A stretch of 64,000 nucleotides of DNA from assembly GCA_951406725.2 (NCBI GenBank), contig OX597814.1, positions 73,408,001-73,472,000 on the forward strand. Direction: 5' to 3'. This DNA comes from Octopus vulgaris. Lineage: Eukaryota. The translations under genes and the position numbers were made by a program. Shown here piece after piece: positions 37,301 through 50,705 of this stretch; position 1 is the first letter of the stretch, and every line of letters starts with the position of its first letter. The notes beneath the pieces were generated by a model. The model did not search any database. It worked only from the letters and a program-made list of their open reading frames with translations, and was not told the origin of the DNA.

Positions 37301-37621
37301 TATCTATAATTTAATTTATATTTATATTGTGAAATTGAATTTAATCCTAAATCTAATTTTCCCCTGTAAGTTTGGATTTACTCCCTAATATATATATATA
37401 TATATTATGTGAAATAGAAAGATGAATAATCTTGTAGTAGATTAATCAAAAGTTTAACCGATACCTTAGTAGCAAAAATCACAGCCGTAAACAGCACGGT
37501 TGGAGGTACAACCATATGGTGTTGCAACCGTGCGTTGGTGCGGATACTTGAAATTAAAATATTATTGGTGAATTGAAGAAATGGAGCTGAACGCAGATTG
37601 AACAGAAATCGTTTTATTTCA

Positions 37622-37701
37622 TTCTACACGTGTTTCGAACGGCACAATTTACCAAAATCCGATTGAATAATGGGACCATATTGTGTCTTTCTCTTCAGGA
37701 A
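37622..37701 (-). ncRNA. Type I hammerhead ribozyme candidate with extended stem II
   Basis: UUC-CUGAAGA-GAAAGACACAAU...AUUGUGCCGUUC-GAA-ACACGUGU-A-GAA. G10.1-C11.1 pair and palindromic stem III; lies inside a TA-flanked element at ~37405-37775. Confidence 0.75.
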
Positions 37702-37789
37702 GAAAATAGGAAATCCGTTGGAAAAAACAAAAACAGAACAGAGGCGGAGCAAAAAACAAATCGAACTAGGCTCCTATATATATATTATA

Positions 37790-37847
<58 letters not shown>

Positions 37848-38573
37848 CACAACTGGGAGGAAGGGAGTGTGGGACGAAACGACGAATCGAATCGACCCTG
37901 ACACGAACGCGCTGTCAGACAATAATGTAATAAATAAAATATATGCATGCATACAAACATATATGTACGTACCTACATCTACATGTATATATACATGCAT
38001 ATATAAATATATATACGTGAGTACAGGACACTGCAACTAGGCGTAGAACTCAACGAAAAACGAAACGGACAAGCCATATTTTTACAACAAAAGAACAGAG
38101 ACGAAACGAAAACGGGAAAAACTTTATTTTTTACAACAGAAAAACAAGGTACAGGACAAACCACACAGGAAAAATCCCCAGTTCATCAGCTGTCTCTAGC
38201 TAACTCAAGCGTGTTTCGAAGGATAAAACAGGACACGACTCGTCAACTAGTTCTTCATTGCGAGAGAATTAAAATAAAATTGCCTCGCATAGGGGCAAAA
38301 ACAGACAAGAAAAACTTGTGACAAAAACAGGACGTAAAAACGATACAAATGCAAAAAAAAAAAAAAATATACAAGATAAAGATACACGTACAAGAAAATA
38401 CAAAACGAGAAATAAAATGAAAATACAATACGAGAAATCAAAAGACAAGAAAACAAACGAGAAAAACAAAACGAAAAGGCCTTTGTTTGGCAAGACGAGG
38501 ATGTTGAAGTAGCAGCGCAAGGGAACACGTCCTTTCAGCTTGAAAGCAGGAGGCGAAAGGAAGTATATATATA

Positions 38574-39702
38574 CTAGCAGTATCACCCGGCGTTGCTTGG
38601 ATTTGTTTCGACCCTTTAAAATTGGAATTTTTGAAAAGTTATTCTCTTGTTATTCTCTTCAAGTGAACATTTTTCCAGTTGAAATACACCGAAAAATGGT
38701 GACACAGCAGTCAAAAATCGTAAAAAATAGGGATTTTCATAGAAAAAAAAGCACCTTTTTGATGCAAATAATTTTTGGTGTTAACATGGTCCGATTTGAA
38801 TTTTATTTTCTACAGAATGAAGAGCAAACCTTCTATCATACTCTCAATTTTGGTCAACTTGCGCTGCAGGGTCTCGAAGGAGATAGTGTTAGTGGAAGGC
38901 TACCAAACCTGCCACACACAGACAACTTCAGCTTTATATATATATATATATAGATTTGCTACACACTACTTTCCATCCTTAATAATGAAACTTGGTAGAT
39001 CCTAAAGTTAAACACACAGACACACACACAGATATACACACAGACACACACACAGATACACACACAGACACACAAATTGAGTTTTATATATATAGATTTC
39101 TCAACGGGGATTTCAGGGAGTCGCTGGCGATGTATCGTGATGATCAAAAATCCGGCCTGCTAAAATTTGGTTAAAGTGATTCAAACTGCAGACTCAACAC
39201 AAAATGGTCACATTTAATTCAAAGCGTTAAAAATGTTATGAAAACAATTGGTATGTGTTCGCAAAGTCCAAACGATTAATACGAAAAAACCCTTCAGGCT
39301 ACGTCCTAAAAATTCATTTCTTTGCCGAATTTCTACAATGTTTACTGCGATTCCTTTTTATATCTTGATTTTTTATTTTTCATGCAATTTACGCATGCTT
39401 GCACGCGTGGTGAACACAGTTCACGTCAAACAGCTGACTGAGTAAAGTTCACTATTCAATGCATGGGATAAGGCCTAAACAAATACATTATTGATTTTTG
39501 CACTTGCGAGATGAATTTCGGAACAGAAATAGCGCAGTCAATTTTCATTCGCCTAAACTTTAAGTGACCCATTTTTGGTGGTTCTACGATTTGTTGGCTA
39601 GGAGATGTGCCGGGAAGTTAAACACGCAGACACACACACAGATACACACACAGATACACACACAGACACACAAGTTGAGTTTTATATATATATATATGTA
39701 GA
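38574..39702 (-). mobile_element. Compound non-autonomous Helitron (one 3' end, three 5' ends)
   Basis: CTAG and hairpin at 38574-38600; TCTA..TATATAAAA/(TGTGTC)n 5'-type termini at 38954, 39096 and 39702. Confidence 0.7.
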
Positions 39703-39839
39703 GTACTGTGGCTGTATAGACGTAGATTACAAGACCCTATGTTATAATAGATTTGAAAACAAAATAGATATAAATACAGATGTTAAACTTATCACCAGAA
39801 AGGGGGGAGTTACAAAGGGCAAGCAAGAAATTTACTTCT

Positions 39840-40620
39840 ATACAATAATACTAATTTTTCAATATACAAAGTTCAGAAGAAATACAAGAGGACTTATCAG
39901 AGGGATAGGTACTACAGATCAGGCATTTTATAGAAGCACCAAGCCTTTCTACTGCTTTAATCCATAGTCTAGCCTTACCTAATGTTTTTCTGAAAAGGTA
40001 TGCTAGTTCGCTGCCTGGGGTAGCATCGATGAACATGACGCTCTGGTAATTTTTTGTTGTCATACCAAGTGTTGGCCTTATTTGCCTTATTACTGGTCCT
40101 TTCGGTGCTGTTCTAGGATTTACTTCTGTGCAGCGGGCAGATACCTTTAGCATCACTCTCTATGATGGCTTTGTACTTAGTCCTCGCTTTGTACATTCTA
40201 ATCCTGTCCCTTTGGTTGTAGCCAGGGAACTACATGCAGTGAATGAAGTGTTGTATGTGTCTTTCCGATTCTATAGGGTCGCATATGCGAGACACATTCC
40301 TCATCACTCTCATCAAGTCAGCTATAAGAATGTTGAACATGGCGTTGTCCACAATCGCTGCGTTCTTAGAGGCCATGGGTTTGGCATAACGAGAGTGAAG
40401 GATCTGGACCTTACCTTTCTTCGTTTCTAGTCAGAGTTATGTGTCTAAAAAGGGGCAATCTATAGTTTAAGTGCTTACTAGTGTAGTCTGTCGTTATTTC
40501 AATACTGTAGTGGATGCAAACACTCGCCAGTCACATACATAATCTCAAAAATAGGAATACTCCATCTAACTTATCATGGTCCATAATAGATTCAGGTCTT
40601 CCATAACAGGGTCAACACTC
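39840..40620 (-). mobile_element. Penelope-like element fragment (RT thumb/linker to start of EN)
   Basis: YQSVMFIDATPGSELAYLFRKTL...IKAVERLGASIK...P...C...LC resembles the PLE linker preceding GIY-YIG; decayed. Confidence 0.6.
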
Positions 40621-40903
40621 AGCCTGTAAGTTATGCATAAAAGAAGCATTCCGAATATTAAAATGTAACTCTTCAAAACTACTAAATAAGTATAATGAGC
40701 CCCTAGGTACATGCAACCACCGTTTTTACATACTTTCAAATTTTACGACAAATCTAAATTCAGCCTGAATCCCCACTCAGTATATATACCGAATATCCCT
40801 TAGGTGATCTCCAACAATCTTATTTGACTTTTCAATTTTTCAATTTTAATCTTAAATTTTTGATCGTTTAATAAAACATACATTTACAAACACACACATA
40901 CAC

Positions 40904-40969
<66 letters not shown>

Positions 40970-41171
40970 ATAAGATCGTTATTCTAAATTAAATAACGAT
41001 TTTATCAAGTGGCTAGCATGGAAATAAAAACATTCAACGGTAATAATTATTATTAAAATTATAATTTAGGGTGTCTACGAGATACCGCCATGTTGAAAAT
41101 AACAGCTAGATATTTATATACATGTATGCGTATGTGTATAGGTACATAAGTATTCGGGTTTATGTAATACT

Positions 41172-41432
41172 GCGAAAGAAGCACGTCGTATATATGTGTG
41201 TGTGTGTTTGTGTGTATATGTTTGTGTGCTTGTGTTTGTCCCCCATCATCGCTTGACAACCGATTTTGGTGGATTTACGTCCCCGTAACTTAGCGGTTCG
41301 GCAAAATTGACCGATAGAATAAATATGAGGCTTACAAAGAATAACTCCTGGGATCGATTTGTTCGACTAAATAGGCAGTGGTCCAGCATGGCCGCAGTTA
41401 AATGACTGAAATAAATAAAAGAATAAAAGAAT
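41172..41432 (+). mobile_element. OK-type SINE 3' half
   Basis: TTTACGTCCCCGTAACTTAGCGGTTCGGCAAAA and CCAGCATGGCCGCAG tail. Confidence 0.85.
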
Positions 41433-42645
41433 GAGTGTAAGCGTGTACGTATATACATATTTTTCTTTCTCGCACTGATTCATCAGCCCCCACCATCACT
41501 TTATCTAGTACAATTAATGCTTACGTCTAATATATTACATCTTATTTTTCTTCCTTTCCTTTCTGAGGTTTACGCCTCACTTTTAGTACACCGCCGTATC
41601 ATTTTCTTTACCGCTATCTCCACCTTAGCGCCTTTCAAACATATCATCCCACCTCTCACTTCTTATACACATACCTTCCTTACATTCTTATCTCTTCCTT
41701 CTACCCCTCTATTCCTTTCATCTACTGATAAAACACCTCTCCATTCCCCCTCACAATATATTGACCACTATCTAGCGCTCCAATTTTTATTTTCCCTTCC
41801 TCTTTCTTTCTTTCTTTCTTTCTTTCTTTCCTTCTTTCTTTCTTTACTCCTCCATTCTTTTTGACCAATATCATCTTCCTCCTTCTAACTTACGTACATA
41901 TTCTCTTGTCTCTATCTCTACCTATACTTTCTCAAACTTTCATTCACACTACAATGAATAGCACATGAATAGCACATGAAGTTAATGAATAGCACATGAA
42001 GTTAATGTCTCCATACCATCCATTTATAATAACAAAATTTGAACTCCTATCGGAATTTACATCCCGTGGACAAGCAGCTGCTCTACCTTTCTACACAACA
42101 CTTTCCTTAGATAATGGAACAGCAACATATATTTTTATTTTTATTCTCATATTTCCCTTTATAATTCCTATATCTCTCACTTTCCAAATTAACTTCTTAT
42201 ATTGAACTCTACTATTCCCTTCTATTTAACTCTCTCATAAGGACTCTTTTGATGGGATATCCCTCATATCCCTGGAACAGCATTAAGACTACCTTTCTCT
42301 ATATAAATGTCTTAGAAATTTCACGATGCCTTGGCTTTGTTGTCTCACCTTATTTAACATATAAATGCTCACACAGGACCCGCATTAGACTCCTCACTCA
42401 TACTATTATCGAACAGGGAGACTATCTACGGTCTCTCCGTAGCGCTTACGTAGCATTACCTGCCATTTTGAATCTTCTGGATACCTAAACTTCTCCTATG
42501 TATGTATGTATGTATGTATGTATGTATGTATGTATGAGCGTAGGCTCGAAATATTAAAGACTGTTTCACTTCCCGAGCGTTAAACTAATACATCTGCTTG
42601 CTGTCTACACCACCTGTCTTCGTCTTTTGTTTCTTTGTGAATTCT

Positions 42646-42682
<37 letters not shown>

Positions 42683-42685
<3 letters not shown>

Positions 42686-43089
42686 TTTTATTCTTCTACT
42701 TGTTTCAATCATGTTTCTGCGGCCCTGCTGGACCACCGGCTTGAAGGATTTTAGTCGAACAAATCAACCCTAGGACATATTTTTTAAAGCCTTTTACTTA
42801 TTCCATTAGTTTTTTTTGCTGAGCCGCTAAGTTACAGGAACGTAAACACACCGAACCAGTTGTCAAGCGGTGATGGGGGACAATCACACACACAAAGACG
42901 CACAAACAAAGATATATATATATATACACAAGCGTACATCTCCTTCTGTCTACCAAATCCACCCCCAAGACCGTGGTCGGTCCGAGGCAATAGTAGTAAA
43001 CACTTATCCCAGGTGCCATACAGTGGAACTGAACCCAGAAGCATGTGGTTGGGAAGCAAGCTCCTTACCACACAGCCACGCCTGCACCT
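42683..43089 (-). mobile_element. OK-type SINE, full length
   Basis: Collinear with 22193-22588 and 54353-54750. Confidence 0.85.
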
Positions 43090-43117
43090 GTATATATAAA
43101 TATATATATATATATAA

Positions 43118-43243
43118 TTTAGATTCAGATGAATATGGTACTTAAGTTGAGGCACCGGAATTTAGTATGGCATTGTCCATACAATTTCAAAATAAGGTGA
43201 TTAAAATCAAAATAAGCATCAAGGATATCCTTGTTGCTTATTT

Positions 43244-43247
<4 letters not shown>
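43118..43247 (-). mobile_element. ~130-bp palindrome+tail element
   Basis: Terminal 42-bp loopless palindrome centred on GGATATCC (43206-43247); reverse copy at 53484-53608; TA-flanked. Confidence 0.85.
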
Positions 43248-43336
<89 letters not shown>

Positions 43337-44949
43337 TATGTATATATATTTCCAGATGGTTGCATTTCACCGAAAGAAAAATAGAGTTATGTGTTATGCG
43401 CAGTATCCGGGAATGAAGATACATCAGGGATGGCAGTAGGAGAAATGTGTGTGTTTGTGTATATACTCATATTTGTGTGAATGCGTGCGTTTGCCTGTGT
43501 AGATGCTTCCGACAAAAATGCAAACCATTCAATGAATGCTGGAGTTAAAAATGGACGTAAATATTATATCCGGCTTTATTACATATCACTAATTTTTTAT
43601 GAGAAACAGACACACACTTTGACGTTGAAAATTCTTTCAATGTCATTTTCGAATTACATAAAGTGCTTCGCCATGAAAATCGCAATGATGAATTAGGTTC
43701 ATTGTGTGAAGTGGCAATGACAACACTAGTACTGTCTATTATGAGTGCTACTTCTAATATTAGGAGCTACGTTTACAGTAGGGAAAGTGTCAATGGGTGT
43801 AATTTTATTAGAAATAATAAAACATCGGTGTTCATGATAGACGCATCACAGGCTTTTGAAACCCTCAGAGAAATAGCTGCCAAATCTAGCTGAAATAATA
43901 TTCTATCAGTTTAGAAATGGGGTGATATCTCATGTAGTTCTATAACATAAAGAAAAACGCTATGCATGGCTGGAATACCATTTATACATTTCAATCTGGA
44001 CTAACCTGCGGCTAAAGAAAAATACATGTGCAACTAGAATTGAAAGGTCGATTCAGTTTGAAATTTTGTATATGAGTATATGTAGGCAAAGTCAGTATCT
44101 GCAAAGACAGCATCCGGAGATGGTTACATTTCACAGAAAGAAGAGCTCAGTTATGGGAATAGCGTGGTATCCGTGGATGACACACATGGAGATGGTGGTA
44201 GGAGATATCTGTCTGGGTGCAGAGGGTATACTTGTAGCTAGCTGTAGTCGTGGTGTAAGTAACGAGAGCTGAAGCAGGAAGAAACATTATGTCTATAAGT
44301 TAATAGTTATATCTGGTGAATATTTGCCAATTATTCAGTTGGCAGCAACTTCAAGATGCGATCTAGAATGCTTGTGACTCTAGCAACAGCATCATTCTCT
44401 GATATCGGATCAGTACTCCAAAGTAGATTTTAGTTGAGGATTTTTGAGACAGAAACCTAAGATAAAATGTTTTATAGCTTTAAAGAAGAATCTGAGATTT
44501 AGGCGTACAGTTTTGAAAATACGCAGTTACCGTGACAGATCATCAAGTATTTTGAATTCATAAAGCATTTGTAGTATTTTAAATATTCAGTGTTTTACAG
44601 GTGTACTGTTGGTGTGTGGTAACAGACTGATGTCATGATATACGGATTGGTGAGCTTTTCCAATCTGGTGGATGGCTTTTGAGGGGTTTGTTTGCGTGTG
44701 CAATACCCTCCCAGATACCGTAGTAATATTCCAGTGTCACTTTTGAGCTTTGCTGGCAGTTAGCAACTGATCAGTGGTGAAGTAGTTTATAGCATTAAAG
44801 ACAAAGATTACTCTTGGTGATACAGATTTAGCTTTACACATACATACATACATACATACATACATACATACATACATACATACATACATACATACATACA
44901 TACATACATACATACACACACAAACACACACACACACACATATATATAT

Positions 44950-45923
44950 ATAAGAGAGTATATATATAGGAGAGCTTGAAGCATTGTGTATTGTTTGTAA
45001 AAAATAATGTTTTGAATGGCACAACCATGCACTATAGTAACAACAATGGACAATAATAATAACTGATGTAATTTAATCATCCGTAGTCTGATGTAATATT
45101 TCGGTATATAAAAATTCCTCCTTCAGATATCGCTAGGAATTGATCGAGTCACTGCTATAATAGGTTTTCCAGCGGCTTTTTGTCCGGAAGAGTCTCTGCT
45201 GTGGTCTCACGAAGCTCCTTCCGGAATTCCTCGAGAAGTGTGTGAGGTCGGCCATGTACTGGCACGTCCGTAGCGCTGCTTCAAGTTATATATTATACGT
45301 GCAGTTTCCTTGTTTTTTCTCCTTTCTTTTTTGCTTTTTTTAAAATAAATAATACATAAGCATGTTATCAAAAATGAACCTACACGCATCTCGATGTAGC
45401 TAAATAGTGTATTGACTGCCAACCTCCAACCTGTTGTTAATTTGGGGTCCTAGTCTGTCTATGAGGATAGCTTCCTTAATTCATAGATTGCCCAAATTTC
45501 TTTCATTGGCCTCAATTGCGACTGTTATGCTTTTGTCGGTGTTCCGGCATCTGTCTAAATGTTTTCTGAAGGAGGAGGAGGCTCTCGCGTTCAGATGTTC
45601 TTTAATGCGGACGTGTAACGGTGTTGTTGTGCTACCTACAGAGAACTTGTTGCATTTGTTACATTGTGTTCTGTATGTCCGCCCTCACGCACTTCTTATG
45701 AGGAATTCCGGAAGGAGCTTCGTGAAACCACTGCAGAAACGCTTCCGGAAGAAAAATCCGTTGGAAAACTGATTATAGCAGTGACTCGATCAATTCCTAG
45801 GCATATCTGAAAAAGGAATTTTTATATTCCGAAATATTATATCAGACTATGGATGATTAAATTATAAGTTATAGTACATTGTTGTTACTATAGTGCATGG
45901 TTGTGCCATTCAAAACACATTAT
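44950..45923 (-). mobile_element. 5'-truncated Penelope-like element with inverted pseudo-LTRs around a GIY-YIG remnant
   Basis: Arms 45004-45258 and 45673-45923 are inverted. Spacer minus strand translates QCNKCNKFSVGSTTTPLHVRIKEHL...FRKHL..C...IKEAILIDRLGPQIN. Mutated hammerhead cores at 45086-45130 (-) and 45803-45847 (+); unpaired tail 44950-45003. Confidence 0.88.
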
Positions 45924-45935
45924 ATATATAATATA

Positions 45936-46002
<67 letters not shown>

Positions 46003-46521
46003 TTTGAAGTATTGTACAGGTATTGTATATTGAGAAAAAGAAGGCTGTCTGAATTTTGGATAATTTTTTATTAGCGTTTTCGTTCGTTTTTCGAACTCGT
46101 CAAGACAAAATCAAAATCAAAATGATAAAAACAGAACGTTTTGTTGTTCATGTAAATGCTTTTTTTAGAAGAGGAGGATATTGTTTTTGTTTTTGTAGGT
46201 TTTACGGGGACGGGAGAGGGGGAGAAAGTGAAAATGGACAGTGAGAGAGAGAGAGAGGGGGAGAGAGAAAGAGGTTTCAGGACAATGAAGAAAAAGCAGA
46301 AAAAGTAATAAAGGATGGAGAAAGACGAGATAGATAGATAGATAGATAGACGGACAGACAGACATATAGATAAACAGACAGATAGATAAATGGACAGATT
46401 GATAGATAGAGAGGTTTCTTTCAGTTTCATGTGGTCAATTCATTGCCTATTCCTTTACACTTGTATAATCAAGTCCAATATTCTGTGTAATTCCATGTTT
46501 TGCACGCACAAACATTAAATT

Positions 46522-48663
46522 CACTGGTCAACAGTCAATTTTCATCAGAGATATTATATAGTGTTTTATATGTAGTTTTATCCGCAGATTGCAAAAATGT
46601 AATCGGTTTCCTTCTATCAGGCACAGTTTTTCTGATGAGATAAGAGAGGTATATAACTCCCATCAGCAGTATCTCTATACATAAACGTCTTATACAGGTA
46701 AATTCTGACTTTGTCAAGGCATTGGAAGAACAGTCCTGATATATTTTGTCATGTCCGTGGTTCATTTACCGCCAAAGCTCAGCAATGTGCCATCACAAGT
46801 GAAATCAAGAATATCTGCCAGTTATACTTTGGCTGCTCTCTCGGGGAACAAGATAAGAGTTGGGCCCCGCACTCCATCTGCTCAGTTTGTTCAAATGGAC
46901 GAAGGGATTGGCTAAATAAGTGGAAGTGAGCAATGCTGTTTGCAATGCCTATGATATGGAGAGAGCCAAAGGATCATTTATTGGACTGTTATTTCTGCAA
47001 CGTTAATGTATGTGGGTTTACTGTAAAGACCAAGCATAAGATTGTGTATCCCAACTTGGAATCAGCAAGAAGACCAGTACCACACAACGATGATGATCTT
47101 CCTATTCCAATACCACCACAAAATGGCCTCCAGATGTCTGACGAAGATGTATTTCCTGAAGAAAATATTACTGCTGTCGAAGACACCGAAGTGGGTGCAG
47201 ATTTCACTATTGAAAATGAAGACGTACCACAGAAATTTTCTCAAGGAGAGTTAAATGATTTAGTTACATACTTGTCATTGTCGAAGGATAAAGCTGAACT
47301 ATTAGCCTACAAGAAAAGTGTCTGCTTAAGAAAGACGTTTGTATTACTCATTTCAGGAAGAGAAATAGGGGTCTGACTTCATGCTTCTCTGTTGATGGAC
47401 CACTTTGTTTCAGTAATAACACTGATGAGTTATTTCGCTGTTTGTTCCAAGAGCATGTTCCAGCTGAATGGCGCTTATTCATTGATTCATCTAAGAGAAG
47501 CCTCAAAGCAGTACTACTACGCAACGGCAATAAGAAACCATCCATTCCCATAGGACATTCAGTGTACATGAAGGAGTGTTATGAATACATGCAAGTACTC
47601 CTCAATGCCATAAAGTATACAAACTACAGCTGAAAAATATGTGGAGACTTGAAAGTAATTCGAATGTTGATGGGAATGCAATCTAGGTTCACCAAATATT
47701 GTTGCTTTTATGCCCATAGGACAGTTGTGCAACTAAAAAGCACTATGTGCAATCAGAGTGGCCTTTGCGAAAATCATATGAGCCAGGAGTTTCTAGCGTC
47801 CAGAGTAAGCCACTTTTAAACCCAGAAAATGTTCTTCCTACCCCTCTTCACATAAAGCTTGGCTTCATGAAACAATTCGTGAAGACACTTGCCAGGAAAA
47901 GCTCAAAAGGTTTTGAATATGTGAAGGCCAAATTTCCAAAAATCCCCGAGGCAAAACTGAAGGAGGGCGTATTCATGGGTCCGCAGATAAAATAACTCCT
48001 GAAGGACAACCACTTCCTCACAGAACTGGATGAGATTGAGCTTAAAGCCTGGGAATCCTTCAAATGGCTCTGTGAAAATTTTCCAAGCAACAAGAGATCT
48101 CTAGAATTTAGAAATGGAGTGAAATGTCTTCTAGATTCCTACGCTGCAATGGACTGTTGAATGTCGCTAAAATCCATTTCCTTGATTCACATCTGGACAT
48201 TTTTGCAGAGAACCTTGGAGCAGTGTCTGATGAACAAGAGGGACGCTTTCATTAAGATATTGCATCGATGGAACAACGTTATCAAGGATTTTGGAATGCA
48301 GGAATGTTAGCTGACTACTGTTGGATGTTATACATGTATGAACCTGAGACAAAACACCATAGAAAGTTCAAATCCCAAAGATTTTAAGTTGTTATGCATT
48401 TGAGTGTATTCTAACTTATTTGTACGCAATAATTTTAATTTTGTACAATAAAAAGCCATGAAATTATCGTATCTTGTATTCAATATACTTTATATAGACA
48501 TGCTTTACGGATCCTAAGTTAAAACAGCGGGTATCATTAACATGAAAATGTGACCAGATAGAAGAAATCGGACTTCAGATTCGTAATCAGCATCAAAACT
48601 TAACCCAGAAAAGTCAATCAGCAACTCCGAAGATTAAAAAAAAAATCATTTTGTTGACCAATG
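46522..48663 (+). mobile_element. Full-length Chapaev3-type (CMC superfamily) DNA transposon, transposase pseudogene ~46700-48390
   Basis: TIRs CACTGGTCAACA / TGTTGACCAATG. Motifs PDIFC, QDKSWAPHSIC, WREPKDHLLDCYFC, WRLFIDSSKRSLKAVLL, ICGDLKV, LHIKLG, SDEQEGRFH; multiple stops and frameshifts. Confidence 0.92.
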
Positions 48664-48779
48664 ATATTAGTGCAATATTCAAAAATACACACATACACAC
48701 ACATGTATATACATATATATATATACATATATATATGTATATATATATATACATATATATATATACATATATATATATA

Positions 48780-49292
48780 CTAGCAGTATCGCCCGGCGTT
48801 GCTCGGGTTTGTAAGGGAAATAACTATATAAGCATTTTTAGAGAGTTACTTCTCTTATAGATGCCAATTCGGGCTTTCTTAGCCATTTCTGTTTTGGTGT
48901 CTTCAAGCCATGAAGTCGTTGTTCTAAAAGAACGCTGGTCTCCTTGACAACGCTTTACGACGTTGATTTCCTTACACTCTCTTCCCCACAGCTTCACGAG
49001 GGAGGGAAGAAGGGGGAGAAGCAAACAGGTGCAGGTGTGACCATGGACGCCAACTCTGCCGCCATCGACACACGAAAAATTATGCATTAAAATGGAATAA
49101 AAAATGATGTTAAATTATTTTTAAAATCGTAGACTCATCGTAGACGCGCGCTAATACTCAGACGGGCTCGATAAGAATCACGACTATAAGATACCCGAAT
49201 TTGGTTAAACTGCACCGCAAAATGTGGGAGTAGTTAGGAATCTAAATCGAAGGGGACAGACACTCACACAACTACAGTTTTATATATATAGA
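48780..49292 (-). mobile_element. Non-autonomous Helitron
   Basis: Minus strand 5' TCTATATATATAAAA, 3' hairpin CCCGAGCAACGCCGGG + CTAG, inserted between A and T with no TSD. Confidence 0.8.
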
Positions 49293-49377
49293 TTTATATA
49301 TATAGATATATATATTACAATTGTTTGTTTGTTTTCCACCTGCCTTCGTCTTTTGTCTATTTTCATAAAGCTTCCCG

Positions 49378-49422
<45 letters not shown>

Positions 49423-49438
49423 TATATATTTATATATA

Positions 49439-50705
49439 CGAGGGACGTTCAATAAGTAATGCCTCTGACCCACTTGCAGTTGTTTGATCTAGCTGAAATG
49501 TTGCATGTGCAATCATTTATATCTCTATAGAGTAAGTGAGAAATTACATCATTTATATCTCTATAGAGTAAGTGACAAATTACAGCTCCGAACTAATTGT
49601 GGTTTCTGATTTACAGGTGTTTGAACCGAGTCAAGTGTGAAATGGAGCATGTTGAGTGTCGAGCAGTGATCCGGTTTTTGTATTTGAAAGGACGCACACC
49701 ACGGGAGACTTTTGATGAAATGAAAGTAACTTATGGTGATGTTGCCCCATCATATGACCTTGTAAAATGCTGGCATCGTGAATTCAAACATGGTCGGAAC
49801 TCTGTGGAAACAGCTCCCAGATCTGGTCGCCCCCTTCTGCCATTGATGAGGCATCTGTCCGTCAAGTTGAGGCTGCCATTTTGGAAGATCGACGTATAAT
49901 TATTCGCCAAATAGCCCATGAGGTCAAGATTAGTACCGGGTCTGTGGAAACTATCATTCATGACCATTTGCATATGCAAAAGGTGTCTGCCAGATGGATT
50001 CCCAAGTTGCTCACGCCTTTCCAGAAGCAAGAATGCGTCGAGTGCTCGAGGGTGAATTTGGAGATGTGCCAAGAAGATGAGTCAAAATTTTTCAAAAGAC
50101 TGATTACACAGGATGAAACCTGGGTCCATCACGATGATCCAGAGACCAAATCCCAGTCAATGCAATGGAAGCACCGTGACTCACCCCCTCCAAAGAAGGC
50201 AAGGGTGCAGCCCTCCCCTGGCAAAGGGTACCACAATTGCAGGAGCCTATCATGCTTCACTTTTGAGGAAATTAAGAGAAGTTATCAAAATCAAGAGGCG
50301 GGGCAAGATCAGCAAAGGCATCCTCCTCCTGCAGGACAACGCTCCGGTCCACAACTCGCGTGTCGCCAGATCAGAAGCACAGGCGTATGGCTATGAACTC
50401 CTCCCCATCCCCCCTACTTTCCTGACCTTGCACCCTCTGATTTTCACCTCTTCCCAATCATGAAGTTGTTTTTGAAAGGAAAGCGTTTCCCAGATGATGC
50501 AGCCTTGATTTCTGAAGTCACGTCGTGGTTGGAGGACCAAACTGGGTTCTTCTACAAAAACGGTCTCCAGAGCCACATCAAACGATGGGAGAAATGCGTA
50601 ACTCTGGGTGGTTCATATGTAGAAAAAGACTAATAACTGCCATGTTTCGTTGCTCTACTGCTATGGGAAGTGGGTCAGGGGGCATTACTTATTGAACGCC
50701 CCTCG
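49439..50705 (+). mobile_element. Full-length mariner (DD34D) transposon, defective
   Basis: Same TIRs as 36030-37300, located in a TA tract. MEHVECRAVIRFL..., WIPKLL, QDETWVH, QDNAPVH; frameshifts, ~60-bp internal deletion, ~35-bp 5' UTR duplication. Confidence 0.95.

Larger units (their letters stand above)
33795..37390. mobile_element. ~2.2-kb extremely AT-rich fold-back element with short tail, interrupted by a mariner
   Basis: 33795-34290 is the inverse of 35555-36029 plus 37301-37320. More diverged inner pairing continues to ~34905/35058. Unpaired tail 37321-37390; flanked by (TA)n. Confidence 0.88.

Noticed and set aside
38175-38250. Minus-strand TTGACGA...CGAAACACGC...CTGATGA motifs
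   Set aside because: I could not build a consistent three-way junction.
43350-44740. Possible PLE N-terminal remnants, with similar segments at 43350-43445 and 44115-44210
   Set aside because: The local similarity is visible, but the protein evidence is too weak to assign.
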